A DNA stretch of 60,592 bases, filler included, from Circinaria calcarea (GCA_051942165.1; 12 parts of 12 records of this genome joined end to end with filler, not necessarily neighbours in it), one strand, 5' to 3'; shown: positions 12,313 to 24,500, counted from the first letter of the whole stretch. Numbers and translations are program-made. The notes: generated from the sequence alone by a model not told the origin.

Positions 12313-13373
12313 ATGGCATCAGTCTATAAATCACTGTCCAAGCCTAACGGTCACAAAGATAGCCCAACCAATCATGTTAAGAAACCCAAGCAAAGAGTAC
12401 TTATTCTTAGTTCTAGAGGAGTAACATATCGGTTTGCCCAACTTCAAATCAATCCGAGGAACATAGGAGTTTTAACATGTTTTTCGCAGGCACCGACATC
12501 TCCTCAATGACCTCTACTCCCTCCTCCCTCACAGCCGCAAAGACGCAAAATTGGACACGAAAACTAAGCTCTACCAACTCAACGAACTTGCAGAGCTCTA
12601 CAACTGCAACAACGTTCTGTTCTTCGAAGCGCGCAAGGGCAAAGACCTTTACATATGGATGAGCAAAGCGCCCAATGGACCTACAGTCAAGATGCACCTA
12701 CAAAATCGTATGCGCCCGCATCTCGATTCCTGCCTACAAGGGACTGTGCTAAAAGAAACATCTAGTCCACACCATGTCAGAACTCCACTTCCCCGGAAAC
12801 TGCCTCAAGGGCTCACGGCCGATTCTGTCTTTCGATGCCACATTCGACACGCAACCTCACCTCCTGCTCATCAAAGAACTATTCATTCACATCTTCAGCG
12901 TTCCGAAGGGTTCGCGGAAAACCAAACCGTTCATAGATCATGTTATGGGCTTTACACTCGCTGACGGCAAGATTTGGATACGATGTTTTCAAATCAATGA
13001 GACGGAAATCTCCAAATCTGATGTGGTCCCTAACGCAGAAGCCGACGCCTCGACTGCAAAGACCAAGATCTCGAAGCCCACCAGAGGTGAAACTAAAATC
13101 TCCCTCGTGGAGATTGGGCCTCGCTTCGTGCTTACACCGATAGTAATACTTGAGTCCAGTTTTGGGGGACCGGTGATTTACGAGAACAAGGAATTTGTGA
13201 GCCCTAATCAAATCAGATCTGAGCTGCGGCTGGGTAAGGCAGGAAGGTATGCGAGCAGGAATGAGCAAGAGGTTGAGAATAAGGCAAAGAAGGCAGATTT
13301 GGGGTTGCGGAGCGGGGAAGGAAAGAGGAGGAGGGAGGGGGATGAGTTGGATGAGAGGGTATTGTTTGCGTAG
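12313..13373 (+). CDS. brx1: Ribosome biogenesis protein Brx1 (Brix domain)
   Basis: KQRVLILSSRGVTYR/HRHLLNDL, LNELAELYNCNNVLFFEARK, GNCLKGSRPILSFD, LVEIGPRFVLTP; introns 12432..12489 and 12708..12765. Confidence 0.96.
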
Positions 13374-13820
13374 GTTCGGAAGGCATAGATGGGGCGTCTT
13401 TGAGAGAAGGAAAATTATACCCAAATGTCGTGATGTCCTGATACTTCCAGGCTTGGAGCACAGATAGGCCATCAATAGAAGTCGATCAATGCTGCCGAGC
13501 TCTTTGCGATCATATTTGGAATCGCCACGGCTCAGAATCGTAAAAAATCTGGCTGACTGTGCATGTGGCGGATTTTTTGATGATCGCTACAGTAGATACT
13601 GCGCCACGATCTGGTGTAACGAATGGCGTGTTCCCCCACGTGTATCAAGCATGAGCCCTGAGTGTACGTCACTACATATCCACCCACCCCTCCTTCTATT
13701 CACATACATTCATCCAAACCATCTCACGGATCCCTCAATCTTCCAGATTTCAATCATTACAGCATTTTCTAAACAAGGATAGAGAGTGTCCAATCACAGA
13801 CGTCTGCGTACTAAACAGTC

Positions 13821-14787
13821 ATGGAGGCACCCCCACCAGGACCGCCTCCACCGAGGGTGCCTGCTGGATGGAAAGCAGTATGGAACACTGAATACAACGA
13901 ATGGTCAGTGCAGCATACTACCGCATATACGAGTTCTAGTAGCTACCCAGATTTAACAGCTTTCCAGGTTCTATGTCAACACCGTCACCAAAACCTCTCA
14001 ATGGGAACTCCCCACCACCCCAGCCATCGACCCGTCATCTCCCAGTGCTCCAGTCGGTCCTCCCCTCTCATACGCCGGCTCCGGCGTGAACACCGCAGAA
14101 CAGCTGAACCCCAACAACCCCTACAATACGCCCTCGGCCAACAAATCCAGCAACGACATCGACGCCGATGCCCGCTACGCCAAGCAGCTCCAAGACGAAG
14201 AAAACGCCCGCGTGGCCCAGGCGTCCAGGGGAAACCACGGTGCAGGCCAAGATTACTATAACCAGTCTGGGCAGAGCGGCCAGAGCTCGAGCTACGACCA
14301 GCAGTTACCGCCCCGAGACCAAGACCACGGAAAATCAAAGGGCCTCGTGGGGAAGCTCTTTGGGAAGCTCGCGGGCGGAGGAAGCTCCAGCCACGGGCAA
14401 TACCCACAGCAGGGCTACGGCGGCCAGCAGGGCTACGGTGGCCAGCCCGGGTACGGTGGCCAGCCCGGGTACGGCCAGCAAGGTTACGGAGGCTACCCGC
14501 ACCAACAACCGGGTTACGGACAGGGTGGGCTTCCACATGGCTTCGGAGGAGGCCACGGTGGGCTCCCACATGGCTTCGGCGGAGGCCACGGCGGCGGATA
14601 CGGAGGATACGGTCACCACGCCCCCAAGAAAAGCGGTGGTCTCGGTGCAGGTGGCGGTGCGGCATTGGGGCTTGGGGCCGGATTGGTGGGAGGGGCGCTG
14701 ATAGCGGATGCCATTGACGATGACAATGAAGGGTATGGAGATGGAGGAGGAGGGGATTTTGGCGGGGGGGATGATGGAGGAGAATGA
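13821..14787 (+). CDS. WW-domain, Gly/Gln-rich protein (Wwm1-like)
   Basis: PRVPAGWKAVWNTEYNEW/FYVNTVTKTSQWELP WW domain across intron 13904..13967; QGYGG repeats; GLGAGLVGGALIADAIDD and acidic Gly-rich tail. Confidence 0.85.
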
Positions 14788-14963
14788 TGATGGTGGAGGG
14801 GGACTTTTTTTAGGTTCTGTTGAAAGGGTGAAGGGGGATGGTGTGGCTGTGATTGGGGAGATTTTTTTGCAAAACCCGCTAACCTTTGGATGAGAATATT
14901 TATGAACAAACACTCCGAGCTTACAAGTAACAAACTTGCCATTTCTTTTTGGATCTGCATTAC

Positions 14964-15099
14964 TTATTTCCCTTGGATGTTTATTTCCCTTGGATGTTTA
15001 TTTCCCTTGGATGTTTATTTCCCTTGGATGTTTATTTCCCTTGGATGTTTATTTCCCTTGGATGTTTATTTCCCTTGGATGTTTATTTCCCTTGGATGT
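14964..15099. repeat. Minisatellite: 8 perfect copies of 17-bp TTATTTCCCTTGGATGT, running off the contig end
   Basis: Read directly from the sequence; explains the repetitive spurious ORFs at 14890-15155. Confidence 0.97.
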
Positions 15100-15199
15100 N
15101 NNNNNNNNNNNNNNNNNNNNNNNNNNNNNNNNNNNNNNNNNNNTTAATTAATTAANNNNNNNNNNNNNNNNNNNNNNNNNNNNNNNNNNNNNNNNNNNN
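15100..15199. other. Artificial contig linker
   Basis: N44-TTAATTAATTAA-N44. Confidence 0.99.
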
Positions 15200-16118
15200 A
15201 AAGAGATTTCTCCGTCTCCTTGCGAGAAGTGAAGGTCTCCAACACTGAATTTTGCACCCTTGACGTGGATAGGTAGATAGACCTTGCTTCCCCGGCTAAG
15301 ATTCTTGATGTCACAATTTCCGCCATGTTCTGGTCTTCCCGGAATTGTTCTGGCACCCTCCTTTCCCACCTTGACTTTTATTTCGTCGGAAGCGCTACCT
15401 GCGTGGACGTTTTGTGGTTCAGGGGGCTGTGCGACAATACGATCAAGTGTATTGGTACTGATCAACTCGCCTTCACGCTTATTCCACAAGGCAAGAATAT
15501 CTGCTGAAGGAGCACATCCAAGGATACCTGGGTGAATAAGGCCGGGAAACCGGACATGGGGGATGTGACGTGACGAGCAGAAGATGCCTTCAAAGTCCCA
15601 GATAGCTTTGGCCCTGCATTTCACCTGTATTAGCATGGCTTGAGGGGAGGTAATCTTGAAGATGCTAACTTATAGTGTACTTACGCATTAGGATATATTT
15701 CGTCTAGAAAGCCTCCGCCATTACTCTTATCAAATACGCCAGTGAAGCTAGATCATAGAGATCAGCACTAAGTTTCCTTAGCATAAAGTTATATTCACCC
15801 CCAAGGCTGTTCTTGAAATGGCTGGACATCTTGGATCTCGACAACAAGGACGTCCCCAGGCTCAGCTGTCTCAATCTCGAATGGACCAGTCAGATAATGG
15901 ACTCGGGTAAGATCAACATTTTTCATGTCATCGGCACTGTCATTATTGCCAATTTGACCCCCAGTCCAATCAATACACTCTATCTTGACGACTTCGTTCG
16001 GCTTGATCGTAGCGGCAAAGGGGATATCTGGATGCCATCTGTTATGGAGACCGGATTGTTGCTCCGCTGGTTTCTTCAGGTCCACCTTAAGGGCCGTACG
16101 GATTTCCGTTAGACCCAT
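15200..16118 (-). CDS. fmdS: Formamidase (FmdA/AmdA family), 3'-truncated
   Basis: ATG 16118; LHNRWHPDIP, ECIDWTGGQI, HYLTGP, PWG/FTG, AKAIWDFEG, HPGILGCAPS, EHGGNCDIKNLSRGS, GDLHFSQGDGEIS; two introns between about 15613 and 15800. Confidence 0.95.
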
Positions 16119-16330
16119 ATTGTTGGTACGAAGTATTAGTGGCAAGCTTTGCAGTGATGAGGGCAGAACTTGAAGGTAGTGGTAATAGCGAAAGTGCACT
16201 ATTAATTGTGCATAGCAACTGAGAGAAGGAAGGAGGGGGAGGAGTGGAAAGCAAGACCCGGCAAAGCGCCGGACATATGGTAGACTTCTCTCAATAGACT
16301 AAACACGAAGCAGGCCTGTCTTGTTCCATG

Positions 16331-16365
16331 CTGATAAGGAACGGGGTGGGAATCTTGCTTATCAG
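16331..16365. promoter_or_regulatory. Inverted pair of HGATAR sites (putative AreA/NIT2 nitrogen-regulation sites) in the fmdS promoter
   Basis: CTGATAAG at 16331..16338 and its exact reverse complement CTTATCAG at 16358..16365, about 215-245 bp upstream of the fmdS ATG. Confidence 0.6.
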
Positions 16366-16610
16366 GACGCCTTTGGCCCTCGTGGAATCAGAGATGGGGA
16401 TGCTACAAGAGCGACCAAGCGGGGTAATTAGGAGCGATCCAGAAGTCGCCCTCCGACCCCTCAGCCGAAGTCGCAGCACACGACCATCGTCTTTGATACC
16501 GATGACCCAACAACTCCTTCTCCTCATGTGCATCGGTTCGCGTTTACAAGTCTAGAGGCTGGTAGATGCCCCGAATCTCTGTGCGGCTTCGATCAAGCAT
16601 CGTATGCTGA

Positions 16611-18040
16611 CTAAGAAAACCTCTTGCCAGGGAGCTCTCTATTCCGAAGCGGTTTCTGACCCTGTTCGTCTGTCTGAACGCTCTGCGCATCAAGATTTGC
16701 CAGGGGTAAATGGAGGAACTCATGTTTGTTGGTCCATCGAACCTGACTTTCTGCAAACTTCTCGCTGTAAGCTGGAGCTGGAGGCGGGTCTGTGATTTTG
16801 GTGATAAGATATGCTGTGGATGCTTCTGCTATCCCATAAATCAGGACACCTAGGAGTGGGATCTTAAGAAAGATGTAGAAGCCGACGCCAAAGCCGAACA
16901 GTAAGCCTTCTCGATCGTGGAACCACCTACGCTTTTGCTCTTTGGTGAATCGCACTCGAGAGAAGTAAGGCTCGAGCTATGTCACATTATTAACATCCTT
17001 CGTCGATTCAACGCGATGATCGATGACAATCAAAATGTAATAAGCATTGTCTGCCGTATATATCGATTGCGCGTAAAGTTTGTAGTAAAGGCAGAATGAG
17101 GACGAGCTTAGTAGATTATCGACAGTAAAGATAGATAGTGACATACCAGTTCTCTCATGAGGCTTCTGGATGAGAAGTAGCTTTGAAGGAACACGATGAG
17201 ATATCTCCGAGGGAGAAAGACGCCAGTACCGAATATCAATGTGGCCGGCACTGGTCCTACGGCCTTGTTGAAGGTGTAAAACGAAGCCGCTGGTAGCACG
17301 AATCTACCTACTAGAGGTAGAAATGAGAGCGCGTAGACTGCAAGGGAGATAGCTGCCCGCCGCCCAAACCGTAGCAAGAACGCCAATGCAGCATCCATTG
17401 GCGTTTTTCGCTGGCTAGTACCGCCATGTGTTTGGTATAACCGGAGGTTGGGATAGTACATTGCTCGTAGGGTGTTTGGGTCCTCGGACTTGTGCTTCTG
17501 AACGTAGGTTTGGTCCACCCATTGTAGGGAATCCATGAACCTGATTCATTCAGCCTGAAAGCCCACTGTGATGAAAGAGACGAACTCACATATGATCCAA
17601 GGTAGGAGTGATATAACGCATCAAGCTCATCAGAAAGAATGGGACTTGCAACACGGAGTTCGCAATAAAGTCCAGACCCCCGACGAGTTTATCATCCCAT
17701 GTTGCTCCCTCAAAGTTGATAAATGACGATGCCATCCAAAGGAGGATCTTGATGATTACAATCTGAGAAAGTTCCACAAATCGTCAGCAAGAATGTAGAG
17801 GTAGGTACCAGGGTTAACCGTACCGGAGCAGCAATCAGGAGCCGGATTACTATTCCTGCGCACACAGCTAAAGCTGCTTGCCGGTAATGCTCATTGCTGA
17901 AAAGCCCTGGGTTCTGCAACGCTCGCAAAGCTATATGAATATGTCAACAAGGTTTCAACCAGTGGATGGTCGGATCACGTGCCTCCAACCACAGTGAGCT
18001 GGGCTCCGCGCAAGATGGCATTGAGATCAAAGTTGGACAT
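16611..18040 (-). CDS. usgS: Transmembrane protein UsgS (upstream gene of fmdS)
   Basis: Multi-exon: MSNFDLNAILRGAQLTVVG/..RALQNPGLFSNEHYRQAALAV, VLQVPFFLMSLMRYITPTLD/FMDSLQWVDQTYVQKHKSEDP, LQSYFSSRSLMREL/LEPYFSR, EASTAYLITKITDPPP; tandem upstream of the formamidase as in Aspergillus. Confidence 0.85.
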
Positions 18041-18439
18041 GGACCTGCGAGCGTCGTGAATCAAGGCATTGAGATCGGGGTTTGCCTTCGACATTTTCGA
18101 TAGTCCCTCGAATGTAGAAGGGCTTATCTCCGAGTTGTGATGTCGGTCTCCCAGCGCAAAAGGTTTCTAAATTCCTTCCGCGATTAGATATTATGGTACG
18201 GGCGGCGTCTCGGCGTCTGATCTGGAACACGCGCATTGACGAATCACTAGCGTGTTTATGCCCTTGCCGCCGATCTCTCATCTATTGTGAGTCTGTGACG
18301 CCCTCAGAGTCAGCCCGTGATCTTCGAACATCCAAAAGTCCTTTCGAGTTCGACCTCATTGGAGGACCATCATTCGTCATCTGGTCGAGGTACTCAACCC
18401 ATAATAAAACATGATCGAGTGGCTTCGGCTTTAGTAAAC

Positions 18440-20163
18440 ATGGCCAGCGCAACCGCACCCACAACACCCGAGGCTACCGCGCCTTTCCCATTAATGCGTC
18501 GTTCCTTTACCTTGCCTCCGAAACTGCCAGAATTGCGGAGGAGCTCCTACTCACCAAAGCAAGAGGAAAAGCCCGCGGTTGAGACACTCTTTGCTCATCA
18601 CAACTGCAAGATAGTCTCTTTCACCCCATCATTGGCTAATCCAAAAACAAACTCGAGCTCAGGACGGGGGAATGATGACGTCGGGAACGAGCCTATTGGT
18701 ACCTTGCCCTGGAAGACCAATTCAGAGAGGACGATGGCGGTTGGTATGTCCCAATATTGAGTAATCGAATTTCTGGATGAAAAGACTAACGATTATTCAT
18801 TAGGGTTATTTTGTATATATCGAGTTCCAGGCACAGTAGCGTTCCTGAACTTTGGAGACAAGGTTCATCCGATCTTTCCGAAATCTCGAAGCTGGTGCGT
18901 GGACGGAAAGACGAAATTGGTCCTACGGATTGGACCGAATACATATTACCGCTTCGAACTACCAAATACTTGTCGTGATGATATACAAGCAGCAGACGAT
19001 TTAAAGCGAGTATTTACGCTAGTATCGCAGTATGAGACCACTCCGTGTCCATTCACAAGAGATTTCACTGTAGAATTACCACCCACGCCGAAGACACCAA
19101 TTCAGAAGCGACCTTGGAAGCCCAAACATCAGCCAACAAGGATTTCCGGTGAGAGGATACAGGGCTCGTATACAACTTTAGAGCCAGTCTCGGACGAATC
19201 TAGTACCGAGGGTATCGAAGAACAGAGTAATGGTCGATCTCTAAAAGGCCTGACACGGTTGGAACAACGGCAGGAAGATGAAGATCAGACGATAACGGAG
19301 GCCTTGAAGACTCCTACACGATCAAAGGCGTTCAGCGGAGGTCGCACAGTCTCTGCTCCACCCCAATTGACGCTAAAACCAGCGCCATTATCAAATGCAG
19401 AAGACTCGTTGTTCAAGAGGTCGGATCAAGACGTCGAAACTGCAAGTGTGTCGTCGAGCGTTGATTCCTTTTATTCGGTTCACTCCTTTCACAGTCCGAT
19501 ATCTCCTCTGCCACCTTCACCCCCTTACTCAGATCCACCATCACCCTCGCCAAATCAAGAGGCTGGCCTTGGCATCGACGCCCCTCGAACCCGGCAACAT
19601 AAGCGCGACGGTTCCGAGCTAACTGTCACTGCCGAGACATTCCCTGTTATAAATATAGCCGAGACGCCTTCCTGGCCACAGAGTGGTGATCCTTCGACGC
19701 CGGTTCTGCCGCAAACGCCTGCACTCACCTATGATGCCGTGACTCCGAGAAACGACAGTTGGTCAGAAGTCGTTACTCCATCTTCGCAAACATCCATCCG
19801 CTGCCGTCCATACACGTCCCGACGGCGTCCCCCCTCTCCATTACCTTCCTCTGCTAACCTATACTCTCCAAGAGCTCGTATGCCTGGCCATCATCTCACT
19901 ACTGCACTACTCCAAAAAACTTGCTCTCTACTCCTCGGTCCACCTGTCCAGCTCGTCGCTCTAATGCTTAATATCGCAGCGAGAATTGCAAATGGTACCT
20001 TCGGTAAATCATTGTCGTCCAAAGAAGGAAGCAGGTCGATACCGTGTACATGGGAGTACAGTGATGCGGAGGATGAGGCTCGAGATCTGTGGGATGAGGA
20101 CGATTACGGCATATCACTAGGAGTTTTGCCAAGCTCGAAAGGGGACGATGCTCGAGAAACTGG
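18440..20163 (+). CDS. inp1: Inp1 (inheritance of peroxisomes) domain protein, 3'-truncated
   Basis: VETLFAHHNCKIVSF, GTLPW..ERTMAVG/LFCIYRVPGTVAFL..SRSWCVDG..YYRFELP..YETTPCPFTR; intron 18744..18803; long Ser/Pro-rich tail. Confidence 0.75.
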
Positions 20164-20263
20164 NNNNNNNNNNNNNNNNNNNNNNNNNNNNNNNNNNNNN
20201 NNNNNNNTTAATTAATTAANNNNNNNNNNNNNNNNNNNNNNNNNNNNNNNNNNNNNNNNNNNN
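20164..20263. other. Artificial contig linker
   Basis: N44-TTAATTAATTAA-N44. Confidence 0.99.
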
Positions 20264-20438
20264 CGACGATGGCAGCAGCAAACCCTCAGGCGCTGCTACA
20301 CCTATCGATGCTGGAGAAAGCGCTGCTAAAGGCGCCAAAAAGGGCAAGGGCAAAGGTTTATCAAAGAAAGCAAAGACCGCCAAGCAAAGACTAGCTATCG
20401 CAGACGCGGAAGGAGATCTCGGCATGGGCGGCATGTAG
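20264..20438 (+). CDS. ino80: Extreme C-terminus of a gene, probably the chromatin-remodelling ATPase Ino80
   Basis: Frame from 20265 reads [57 protein letters not shown], resembling the KPSGAATP...KAKT.K.RL...D tail of filamentous-fungal Ino80 as recalled; not in the ORF track. Confidence 0.65.
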
Positions 20439-21067
20439 CAACATCATAAAAGATACCAAGGGGTTTTCAAAAGGGTTCTGTACTTTTGCTACGCTCCGAC
20501 TGGATACCTTAGAAGCCGTCGGTTCTATTAGGGTGGATTTAGATGGCTCATGTAACATAGCTTCCATTCTTCATGCATGAAGAGTCGCTTAACTCTTCCA
20601 TCTATCTCTTCGCCCCCACTCCCCCTCCCCCCTCTCATAACGGGAACGAAACCAAAGTCAATGATCGCGACCCATGGCCGTTCCTAAAATGATGCAATAC
20701 TGACACGTTAGATATCTCCACTTGGCAAAATGGGTAGATTATGGACATTTTGTCAAGTAGGTAATTGCTGCTCGCTTTGGGAAAGCGAGATGGTAAACAC
20801 TAATCTCGAGAGGTTACAACTTTAATAGTACACGGGGACGAAGTCCCCCGTCTCGTGTCGGCGCGGAGACACGAGATTATCTAATTGTGCCGGAAATCCG
20901 ATATGGTTCAACCCCCAGGCCGAAGGGCAGACACCCGCAGAACTGTCCTACCGTGGTGCGTTGGCCTGAGAGATGATTGGGGGAGACATTGGATAATGAA
21001 GAATCAGATAAATGGAACGACCTTGTTATCGTTCACGTGAAGCACACCCGCGGTGTCGCTTATGGTA

Positions 21068-21525
21068 CGCCCTCCGCTGGTGTTCATAGCACATTCCCCT
21101 TGGTGGAATCATCGTCAAGAAGGCTTTATTCCAGGGCAAGCCACAACAGGCGATACGGAGCTATCTGTAAAGGAGCCTTGGGCATCATCTTCCATGACAC
21201 TCCTCATCGTGGAATTGAGATGGCTGGTTATGGAGAAGTTCTTTCGAATATTGTCGCTAGAGTATACCATATCCTGGCATACTCTTCTTGAGAGCTCGTC
21301 GCCGCTTTGCGGTCAACTAGCAGCTTATTGAATAAACTGAACAAGATTTTCGGTATCAGGTTTCATGAAATAAGGACGATTGCACCCCCCTTTACTTTGA
21401 TATAACTTGACCTACCACTTGTTGCCGTTGCGACGCTGATGGACAACACTTTTATCCTCCTGAATATTATCGGCAATGACCAGATACCGACGAATGCCAG
21501 CCATAAGGGATGTGCGAATTTGGAT
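21068..21525 (+). pseudogene. Decayed alpha/beta-hydrolase (SesB/SERAC1-like lipase domain, often the N-terminus of fungal NLRs)
   Basis: RPPLVFIAHS(+1 C at 21098)LGGIIVKKAL, frameshift, RYGAICKGALGIIFHDTPHRGIEMAGYGEVLSNIV, later QIPTNASH; matches the AHSLGG / FxxTPHRG / PxNAxH signatures; several frameshifts and stops. Confidence 0.7.
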
Positions 21526-24500
21526 CACTTAAGAAAAATATATATGAATATTTATACAAGAGAATCATCAGACTGAAAAATCACAAAAGCACTAGTCAAA
21601 ACAGCTCGTGAGTGGACTTTGCTCCTCGTTGTTTTAAAAAGTATGATGAGTTTGGTTAACAGACCTCGTTGAGAAACGTTTCCATTCTCAGCAGTAAGTA
21701 CTATAAGATCTCTTATAATGTTTAACCAGTTTATACTGGCAGAGAGGCAGTTTTGCAAGGGCTTACATCAGCCTGTCTACCCAATACTATACAATCTCGT
21801 TAGAAGATTCAGTGGAGATATGTTCTCTATGGCTTAGGCGGATCAAGTAAAACTCAGCTCTTTCTCAAATTTGCCCAAGAATGCCATGGGACGCAAGAGG
21901 TAGTGCCAAATATAACAACCGATTATCTTAAACGAAACCTCAAGGAGACTGGATCGACTGGTGGGGAGAACCCAGCATCACACTCAATAACCAGACTCTG
22001 TCAAGCTGCCAGCAACTTTAATATGAAAATGATAAGAGCTACCTTTGAAGCTCAACACAAAATAGTTACCAGACATGAAAAGTATTTCCATGTGAGTAAG
22101 ATTTATATCTACAAAATAAGCTACATGCATAAAAGCCATGCTAATCAAGATCCTTAGCATATTAGTAAGAGGAACGCAGCAGCGCATCAAACCTAGGCGG
22201 AATTAGCCGAACTTCTCCTCTCTCCGACATTCCGTGAGAGTCCGGAGAGGTGCCGTTGGCAAGAGTTGTTTCCAGACATTTACGGCGGGACCATTGAGGA
22301 GTTTGCGGGTATAAACGAGGAAGAAGGTCCTGGTATCGAGTTAGGGAATGCGACCTAGAAGGACAACCCTCGAGTCGACAAGCTCTACTCTAAAGTGGGA
22401 TACTACTACGTTGTACTGGTATCCAGCACACTTATCGCTAGCGAATGCATCTTTCTCGATTGAGATTTCGCCAGACTTGGTGGAGTATATGAGATCCGCG
22501 TATGCAAGGTCGAGGGAATAGCTGGAAGAATAATTGGAACCTCAGAAACCGGATGCGGTGCTGCAACAAGTCAGCAACAGCCATGGATCTCCAAGCAGCT
22601 AATTTCAACATACAGAATCATCTCTGGATGTGCTCTGATATGTGGGAGCTTTACGCGGAAGTTGCTGGAATAGGTGTTGAGGTCAGACCGTCTCCATCAT
22701 GGACTACACCGGAATTTGTAATGCAGCAGAAGGGACCGCCGACTTCTTCTCTAGAATACAGGCCCCATGAGGCTCAGAAAGCCAAAGTCAAATTTCCAAA
22801 AACAGAGTTCACCACAGGAGCGGAAGAACTCTTCAAGAGGCTTAACTTGGGACCAGCCGCAAATAGATTTCCTCTGGCAAAACCAGAAATTCAAGGAGCA
22901 AAGAAAGTCGATTCCACTTCTAGACCTATCACTCCTCGGAATCTGGGATTGAACAAGGAGCTTGTCAAGAGCTTCTTTTTCCGGATAGCTCTGATATGAG
23001 CTGGAAAAAATGCTCCTCCAGCACCTGATTATTATCGAAAAGAGACGCTGATGGGATCTCGATATCTCCCCGTCTGGAGTGCAAGATATGGGCGGCGTAT
23101 GATACTGTAACAAACCTCACTTCCTATGAGTTGAAGGACGCAAAATAAGCTTCAAAGGTGTCACTGATAGATTACTTCCAATCACTAATGTAGGACTCGT
23201 CTCTTCTGACTCATTGACAGGTTTTTGTGGAGAAAAATCGCGTTTGAACTACCTTCAAACCATTCCAATCACCGTCACTCAAGTAACATAGACTGCGTCT
23301 GACCTAAACCCCCAAACCTGGAGAGCGCTGTACCGATCCCATCCGGATGCCCTACTGATTCCTCGGACCTGCGCACCTTTCCACTTTCCCTCTCCCCCGT
23401 TTGATCTCCAGACTTCCTTCCAAACCCACAACTTGAGAACATCCTTGTGCAACCAACGAACCAGGAACTTGTTTCAGTCTCTTTCTTAGCCTTTGTTTTC
23501 TCCTCTTCCCCCAATATCTGTTGAACATGCAATAATGTGTGGTGGCATTCATGCCATGTACGAGTACGTAACTACTAGGCTATCTATGCAACGAAAAAGT
23601 GCTTTTATGGTGTGTGTAGGAAGCGTTGAGCATGGACCTCCTACGCAACACATGCCTCGGTAAGCCCTATGACTTCCAACAATATCATATCTCAGGAACA
23701 TCCAAGACCTCCAGTATTGCAGCCGGTGCAGCTGCAGAGGACTGCACGTAAATCTTTGATCACTTGGCAATTTGGATTCGATTCTCGATATCGCGATCAA
23801 CATGACACCGCTTATGCGTATTATAGCCTAAGTAAGCCGCTCGATGCTTACAATCCCTATATCATTGGTGGCCATCGCCTAGAAAAATGTACATCGCATC
23901 AGCCACAAAGTACATGCCAAGGCTCAATTCAAAACTAATATTAAATCGAGAATCCTTCTTTTCCCGCTACCAGGGTAGAAACCGGATGACTTCCCAACGG
24001 CGACTTTCCCCCCCCCCAAAAAAAACCCCGCCGTACGGTTGCAAACTAAAATACGGCTGAGGAGCCCTAGTATTAAAAGGGGTTCTCACAAACTTAGGGC
24101 CCTGCTTTTTACCGATAAGCAATAGACGTGGACATGGAGAAGGCGTTAAAGTTGTCCAATCAAATGCCTTGGGTTTTTTTACTAATATCAACATTGCTGC
24201 AGTCAGCACCATCAACGATGTCAGCAATGGCTTTATTGTTTAAACGAATACGGAGTACACGTGTTTCCAGTGCAGAGATGGGGCTTAATACGAACGTGAC
24301 AGGCATTTATAATCTCAGGCCAATAGAAAAGGTATGTAGTAGTATAAAGGACGTTGCTACCCAGGCCATCGACGGCTTCGCTACGACACAGTGTGATAAG
24401 AGTCACTAGAATGCTGGGTAGTGAGGGGCTAGCACATGCGTGGCGCAGTTCAGCTGGCTTATTAAGATAAGTACCACGGATGTCAATTGACCTTATCAAC

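Noticed and set aside
14890..15155. ORFs with YFPWMFISLGCLFPLDV repeats as a repeat-peptide (RiPP) precursor
   Set aside because: A translation artefact of a 17-bp minisatellite; the same peptide appears in all three frames
20825..20850. RNase MRP RNA (AAGTCCCC and ACACGGGG motifs)
   Set aside because: The motifs are in the wrong order and adjacent, forming a local hairpin rather than the long-range P4 helix
20930..21010. TPP riboswitch (CTGAGA...TGGATAAT)
   Set aside because: Lacks the ATACC and CTTGATC...ACCAGCG core and has no thiamine gene or intron context
22200..23150. ORF 22502..22999 and nearby coding-like fragments
   Set aside because: Looks like a decayed gene, but no family motif is recognisable and it has many stops; cannot be supported
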